Source: Candidatus Electronema halotolerans
Lineage (GTDB): Bacteria > Desulfobacterota > Desulfobulbia > Desulfobulbales > Desulfobulbaceae
Length of the DNA stretch: 32,000 nucleotides
Reading direction: 5' to 3'
NCBI GenBank assembly: GCA_942493095.1
Contig: OW818675.1
Span: 1,440,001 to 1,472,000 of the forward strand
In this document: positions 26,689-32,000 of the stretch, piece by piece
Layout: each line of letters starts with the position of its first letter
Numbering within the stretch: the stretch's first letter is position 1
The notes under the pieces: generated by a model
The model's database searches: none
Told to the model about the DNA's origin: nothing
The model's input: only the letters and a program-made list of their open reading frames with translations
Translations under genes and position numbers: made by a program

Positions 26689-28488
26689 TCAGCCCCGGAT
26701 GCGCACGTTGCTCTGCTTGCGCAGGCGGATGATCTTGGGCGTGATCTCGACCAGCTCGTCGTCATTGATGTAGGAGATGCAGTCCTCCAAGCTCATCTGG
26801 CGCGGCGGGGTGAGAATGACCGCCTCGTCTGAGCCGGAAGCGCGCATGTTGGTCAGCTTCTTGCCCTTGGCCGGATTGACCACCATGTCCTCGCCCCGGC
26901 AGTTCTCACCGACAATCTGGCCAACATAGAGCGGCTCGCCCGGGCCGATGAACATGGTGCCGCGCTCCTGCAGGTTGAACAGGGCATAGGCCACGCTGGT
27001 GCAGTTCTCCTTGACAAGCAGCACCCCGTTCTGGCGGTTCTGAATATCGCCTGCGTGCGGCCCCCATTCAGCAAAGACATAGTTCATCACGCCCATGCCG
27101 CGAGTATCGGTCATGAACTGGGAGCGGTAGCCAAGCAGGCCGCGTGTCGGCACCTTGAAGATCATCCGCGACATGCCGTTATGGACCTTCATCTCAGTCA
27201 TCACGCCCTTCAGCCGTCCCAGCTTGTCAATCACCGCCCCCTGATACTGCTCATCCACATCCACGGTCAGTGACTCATACGGCTCCATCGTCTTGCCATC
27301 GACCTCGCGCATGATGACATGGGGCCGGGTGACTTGGAACTCATAGCCCTCGCGCCGCATCTTTTCAATCAGAATGGACAGGTGCAGCTCGCCCCGGCCT
27401 GAGACCCGGAAGCCGACTCCGTCAGTGAGCGGCTCCACCCGCAAGGCCACGTCGGCCAAGGTCTCCCGGTTCAGGCGTTCTTCAATATGCCGTGAGGTGA
27501 CGAACTTGCCGTCCTGCCCGGCAAAGGGCGAGTCGTTGGGGATGAAGTGCATGGAGATGGTGGGCGGATCAATCTCGACCAAGGGCAGGGGCTGCGGCTT
27601 GACAGGATCGACAAAGGTCACGCCCACGGTCACGTCGTCCATGCCGGCAATGGCGACAATGTCACCCGCGCCTGCGCTCTCAACCGGCACTTGTTCGCTG
27701 CCGGCAAAGCCAAATATCTTGCTGATCCGCACCGGCTTGATTGAGCCATCACGGCGGGCCACGGCTATGTTCTCATTCAGACGGAGGGTGCCGTTGGCCA
27801 GCTTGCCAATGCCCATCCGTCCCAAATAGGGCGAATAGTCAATAGTGTTGATCTGGAGCTGGAGCGGCGCGGCAATATCACCAGAAGGCGGCGGCACATG
27901 CTTGATGATCATCTCAGAGATCAGGTCCATGCCTTGGCCGGGCACCAGCGGCTCATGGTGATCAGCGACCATGCAGCCCTGCTTGGCTGAACCATAGACC
28001 ACCGGGAAATCAAGAATATGATCAGGGGCCTCCAAGCGCACGAGCAGATCAAAGACCTCATCCACAGCCCAGTCGCAGCGGGCCGCTTCCTTGTCAATCT
28101 TGTTGATCAGGACGAGGATGGGCAGGCCGACCGCCAGAGCCTTCTTGACCACGAAAAAGGTCTGCGGCATTGGCCCTTCCTGGGCATCAACCAGCAGTAC
28201 CGCGCCGTCGGCCATGCGCAGGACGCGCTCCACTTGGCCGCCGAAGTCAGCATGGCCGGGCGTGTCAATAATGTTGATCTTATAGTCCTTATAGATGTAG
28301 GAGCCGTTCTTTGAGGCGATGGTGATGCCCCGCTCCCGCTCCAAGTCCATTGAATCCATGAGTCGTTCCGCCACATGCTGATTGTCGCGAAACATGCCGC
28401 TCTGGTGAAAGAGTTTGTCAACAAGGGTGGTTTTGCCGTGGTCAACGTGGGCAATGATGGCCACGTTTCTGATTTTGCTCTGCTCCAT
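26689..28488 (-). CDS. typA: Translational GTPase TypA/BipA
   Basis: Start [31 protein letters not shown]; G motifs 'AHVDHGKT', '[21 protein letters not shown]', 'NKIDK'; BipA C-terminal region. Confidence 0.96.
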   Translation of the reverse strand: MEQSKIRNVAIIAHVDHGKTTLVDKLFHQSGMFRDNQHVAERLMDSMDLERERGITIASKNGSYIYKDYKINIIDTPGHADFGGQVERVLRMADGAVLLVDAQEGPMPQTFFVVKKALAVGLPILVLINKIDKEAARCDWAVDEVFDLLVRLEAPDHILDFPVVYGSAKQGCMVADHHEPLVPGQGMDLISEMIIKHVPPPSGDIAAPLQLQINTIDYSPYLGRMGIGKLANGTLRLNENIAVARRDGSIKPVRISKIFGFAGSEQVPVESAGAGDIVAIAGMDDVTVGVTFVDPVKPQPLPLVEIDPPTISMHFIPNDSPFAGQDGKFVTSRHIEERLNRETLADVALRVEPLTDGVGFRVSGRGELHLSILIEKMRREGYEFQVTRPHVIMREVDGKTMEPYESLTVDVDEQYQGAVIDKLGRLKGVMTEMKVHNGMSRMIFKVPTRGLLGYRSQFMTDTRGMGVMNYVFAEWGPHAGDIQNRQNGVLLVKENCTSVAYALFNLQERGTMFIGPGEPLYVGQIVGENCRGEDMVVNPAKGKKLTNMRASGSDEAVILTPPRQMSLEDCISYINDDELVEITPKIIRLRKQSNVRIRG

Positions 28489-28612
28489 TACTGCTCTGCT
28501 GCTCCTGAAAAAAATGAAACGGGCACGGTGTGCGCCCGGCGTATGAATGAAAAAAGACGGAATGTACCGCAGAAAGCGCAAAAAGACAAGGAGATTGGCA
28601 AAGAGACTGTTT

Positions 28613-29473
28613 TTAAGAAACTCCTGCCATGCCGCCGCTGTTCTCCCGCAGGCGCGGATCAACAACTTTCTCCATGCTGATGACGACAAAGGTGATGGTC
28701 ATGATCAGCAGGCAGAGGACCAGCACTGGCGGCAGGAGCCAGTTCCACCAGACATTCATGTAATAGAACTTCATTGCGTACTGAATCATCATGCCGAGCG
28801 ATTTCCGGCCCGGATCAGTCAAACCCATGAACGCCAAGGAAGCCTCCATGAAGATGGCCATCCGGCATTTGGCGGAAAAGCCGATCAGGTAGAGCGGGAA
28901 CAGCTCCGGCAGGAGATGGCGGGAGATAATATACCACGTGCTGGCCCCAAGCTGGACCGCTGCCCGGACATGCAGGCTCTCGCGGACAATCAGGGTCTGC
29001 GCCCGGATCGACTTGCAGGTGCCGGGCCAGGTCAGCAGGGCCAGAATCAGAGCCAGCACTAAGGGATGGGGCCGGAACACGGCAGAGACTAAGATCAGGA
29101 CCATGACTGAGGGCACGGCCATGAGCACGTCGGCCAAGCGCATCAGACTGAGATCGAGCAGGCCGCCGATCCAGCCGGAGAGCAGGCCAGTCAGCACGCC
29201 AATGGCCAATCCGGCGGCAGCGCAGACCAAGGCGAAGACTATGGTGTTGCGCACCGCATGAAGCAGCTCGGAGAGAATGTCCTGCCCGCAGTCGTTCACG
29301 CCGAGCAGATGCTCTGCTGAAGGCCGGGCAAAGGGTGTGGCATCCATAGCAAAGGGGTCATGCGGAGCCAGCAGCGGCCCGAACAGGGCGACTGTGGTGA
29401 AGAGCAGGAAGAGCAGGCCGCCCACGGCAAACCACGGGTCACGGAAGAAGATTGCGTTGAATTTCTGGTTCAT
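28613..29473 (-). CDS. ABC transporter permease, OppC/DppC-like
   Basis: Start MNQKFNAIFFRDPWFAVGGLLFLLF in ORF 28613..29653; 'HLLGVNDCGQDILSELLHAVRNTI' and 'VRAAVQLGASTWYIISRHLLPELFPL' (EAA-loop-like). Confidence 0.85.
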   Translation of the reverse strand: MNQKFNAIFFRDPWFAVGGLLFLLFTTVALFGPLLAPHDPFAMDATPFARPSAEHLLGVNDCGQDILSELLHAVRNTIVFALVCAAAGLAIGVLTGLLSGWIGGLLDLSLMRLADVLMAVPSVMVLILVSAVFRPHPLVLALILALLTWPGTCKSIRAQTLIVRESLHVRAAVQLGASTWYIISRHLLPELFPLYLIGFSAKCRMAIFMEASLAFMGLTDPGRKSLGMMIQYAMKFYYMNVWWNWLLPPVLVLCLLIMTITFVVISMEKVVDPRLRENSGGMAGVS

Positions 29474-29655
29474 GGCGAGTATTGGTGAACTTGATCTGAA
29501 CACAGGCTGTTTCAGATGTTCTGCAATGTACTCCAAGATGCCCGCGCCTTCCAGAGGCAATTGCTCCTTTGTCGTATGAACACCTTGCTTGACATCGTTC
29601 TCTTCTTGCAAGTATGATGGGCGGATTCCTGCAACTTGAATCCACGAGGTCAACC

Positions 29656-30555
29656 ATGCGCAAGCAGATTACGCTGTTCCTGTTTTCTTTTATGCTGCTC
29701 ACTGTTCCGGCTCTCAGCAGTCCGCTGCTTGATGCGGACGGCAGAGTGATCAAGGTTGACAAGCCGTTCACCCGGATTATTTCCCTGTACGCCGCTCACA
29801 CCCGCAACCTGCTTGACATGGGCGCGGGCGGTCAGATTGTCGCAACAGGCCGCAGCGACAAGCAGCTCCCAGACCTGCCCCGGCTCAGTTTTGGCGATGA
29901 TCTCGAACGACTGCTGGCCCTGAAGCCGGACTTGGTCCTGATCCGGCCCATGCTCAGTCATGCCCATTCTGAAACAGTGGAGCGGCTGACCCAGCGCGGC
30001 GTGGCCGTGGTCTCGCTCCAGCCCAATTCAGTCGAGGAAATGTTCCGCTACTGGGAGGCGCTCGGCACCTTGAGCGGCCACGAGCCAGAGGCCAAGGAGA
30101 TGATTGCCCGATTCGGCGCAGGCTTGGCTGCGATTGCCCGTCAAGTCGGGCAGGTGCCGGAAAGCCAGCGAAAAAAGGTCTATTTTGAGTCCATCCACAG
30201 CCGGATGAAGACCTTTGCCACAACCTCAATGGCCATCTTTGTCTTGCAGTCCGCAGGCGGGATCAACATTGCCAATGATGCTGTGCAGGTGCGCTCCACC
30301 AACATCGCCGAATACGGCAAGGAGCGCATTCTGGCCAAGGCTGATCAGATTGATGTCTTTCTTGCCCAGAAAGGACGGATGAATCCGGTGACACAAGAGA
30401 TGATCATGAAGGAACCGGGCTTTCAGGTGATTAAGGCTGTGCGGCAGGGCCAAGTCTTTCTGGTGGATGAAAAAAAGGTTTCCCGGCCAACTATGGATTT
30501 GCTGGAGGGCATTCAAGAAATTTTCGCCATCCTGCATCCAGAAGCCGGAGCCTGA
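29656..30555 (+). CDS. Periplasmic binding protein, FecB/BtuF-like (Fe-siderophore/B12 type)
   Basis: Start MRKQITLFLFSFMLLTVPALSSP (signal peptide); 'VIKVDKPFTRIISLYAAHTRNLLDMGAGGQIVATGRSD', 'LERLLALKPDLVLI'. Confidence 0.8.
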   Translation: MRKQITLFLFSFMLLTVPALSSPLLDADGRVIKVDKPFTRIISLYAAHTRNLLDMGAGGQIVATGRSDKQLPDLPRLSFGDDLERLLALKPDLVLIRPMLSHAHSETVERLTQRGVAVVSLQPNSVEEMFRYWEALGTLSGHEPEAKEMIARFGAGLAAIARQVGQVPESQRKKVYFESIHSRMKTFATTSMAIFVLQSAGGINIANDAVQVRSTNIAEYGKERILAKADQIDVFLAQKGRMNPVTQEMIMKEPGFQVIKAVRQGQVFLVDEKKVSRPTMDLLEGIQEIFAILHPEAGA

Positions 30556-30654
30556 TTTGTCTGCATTTCAGCGGCAAAATAGGGTACAATGCCTGCACAA
30601 ACCCGGACGGAACGCGCTTCCGTCTTTTCCGGCCTTTGACCCGCACGCTTGGCG

Positions 30655-32000
30655 ATGAAATTTCACCTGCCCAATTTCACCAAAAAAAAGAAGCCTGACC
30701 AGACGCAAGATGACTTCAGCACCCAGCAGCCCTTTGCCTTAGTCAAATATTTCTCCTTCACTTCCTTGGGCGTGTTCCTGCTCGCCACCCTGATCTTAGT
30801 TTTGAGCTTTTCCGGCAATGCCCGCCGGACCATGCTGGAGCGCAGTGAAATCTACTCGCGCATGTTTGCCGAGAGCCTGAACCGGCAGGTCTTTTATCTC
30901 TTTGTCCTGCCGACTTTTGTCCGCTACGGACGCATCGCCCTTTCTGATCCGATCCAGTTTGAGCAGCTGGACCTGATTGTCAGCGACATCATTCGCGGCA
31001 TGAAGATCAAGTCCGTGTCCATTTTTGACTCCAAGGAAAATATTGTTTCCTATTCGACCAAAGCCGAGCTGGTCGGGAAAAAAAACATTGGCGGGCTTGA
31101 GTACCAAGAGGCTCTGCGAGGCGAGAATTCCTCAGTGCTGATCGCCACCGGCTCCATGTTCAGCTTTCTGCCCGGCGCGCAGAGCGTGTCCTGCACCCTC
31201 AAGACCTATGTGCCTTTCCGGCAGGACAGCAGAAACGGCGGTTTGGGAGACATCATGGGCGTAGTTGAAGTGGAGCAGGATCTGTCCGGCGACATGGAGG
31301 CCCTGTTCTCGCTTCAGTTCAAAATCATTCTCCTCGCCCTGCTGGTGATGAGCATTCTCTTCTCCGTGCTCATCGCCCTTGTCATCCGGGCGGACCGGAT
31401 CATGGAAAAGAGAGCGCAGGAGCGGCGCGAATTGGAGCGGCAGCTACAAGAGTCCAAGCGGCTGGCCGCGCTCGGCAAGATGATCGCCTCTGTTTCGCAC
31501 GAGATCAAAAACCCCTTGGGCATTGTCCGTTCCACAGCGGAAATTATTGTCCGGCGGATCAGCAAGGTTGCGCCTGGCAACGAGCATTTGGCAGGAATTA
31601 TTGTTGAGGAAACCAGCCGTTTGGACAGAATTGTCCGGGAATTTCTTGATTTTGCCCGGCCCAAGGAACCAACGCTGGCCCACGGTTCGCTGAACGGGCT
31701 GATTGAGCGGCTTCTCACCTTTATGGAGCCAGATTTGCAGGCGAAAAATATCCTGCTCACCCTGCGCTTGGATGAAGATTTGCCGGAAGCGCTGATGGAC
31801 GGCGAGCAAATTTATCAAGTGCTGCTCAATATTGTCTTCAATGCGGTTCATGCCATGAGCGAAAACGGCGGCACCTTGACCATCCGCACTGCCGCGCTGC
31901 CGGAGGGCGGCGTTTCCGTGGCGATTGGCGATACTGGCTGCGGCATGGCGGAAGAAAAGCTGACTCAAATTTTCACCCCTTTTTACACGGATAAAAACCG
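30655..32000 (+). CDS. Sensor histidine kinase (ZraS/NtrB-like), truncated by window end
   Basis: Frame from ATG 30655: MKFHLPNFTKKKKPDQTQDDFSTQQPFALVKYFSFTSLGVFLLATLILVLSFSG... with periplasmic loop, second TM, 'LAALGKMIASVSHEIKNPLGIVRSTAEII', 'YQVLLNIVFNAVHAMSENGG', 'IGDTGCGMAEEKLTQIFTPFYTDK'. Open at 32000. Confidence 0.9.
   Translation, partial: MKFHLPNFTKKKKPDQTQDDFSTQQPFALVKYFSFTSLGVFLLATLILVLSFSGNARRTMLERSEIYSRMFAESLNRQVFYLFVLPTFVRYGRIALSDPIQFEQLDLIVSDIIRGMKIKSVSIFDSKENIVSYSTKAELVGKKNIGGLEYQEALRGENSSVLIATGSMFSFLPGAQSVSCTLKTYVPFRQDSRNGGLGDIMGVVEVEQDLSGDMEALFSLQFKIILLALLVMSILFSVLIALVIRADRIMEKRAQERRELERQLQESKRLAALGKMIASVSHEIKNPLGIVRSTAEIIVRRISKVAPGNEHLAGIIVEETSRLDRIVREFLDFARPKEPTLAHGSLNGLIERLLTFMEPDLQAKNILLTLRLDEDLPEALMDGEQIYQVLLNIVFNAVHAMSENGGTLTIRTAALPEGGVSVAIGDTGCGMAEEKLTQIFTPFYTDKN

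Overview
Mostly housekeeping and signalling DNA from a GC-rich Gram-negative bacterium, possibly a Desulfobulbaceae/Desulfobacterota-like sulfate reducer or relative (inference from protein style only). Left to right: a minus-strand block with a pentaheme cytochrome c, a CotH-kinase-like secreted protein, a small lipoprotein, an APH/NahK-like kinase, a MazG-like pyrophosphohydrolase and an HtrA/DegQ protease. Next comes the nitrogen-control run glnB-glnD-glnA. It is followed by an AT-rich accessory segment with a 1074-aa secreted protein carrying an HExxH metalloprotease motif and a VWA domain, then a 1.26-kb IS4-type insertion sequence with 19-bp inverted repeats. After that: rpsU, a Xer-type recombinase, and a five-gene sensory cluster (solute-binding protein, histidine kinase, receiver, hybrid kinase, receiver). 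The right part holds a CGGC protein, a DVU0772-like protein, a repeat-rich island abutting a truncated UPF0175/DUF3368-type toxin-antitoxin remnant, typA, an orphan OppC-like permease, a FecB/BtuF-like binding protein, and a ZraS-like histidine kinase cut by the window end. The best candidates for something new are the metalloprotease-VWA protein, the orphan binding-protein/kinase pairings, and the repeat/TA scar at about 26.07-26.58 kb. No CRISPR array, phage, or recognisable defence island is supported.
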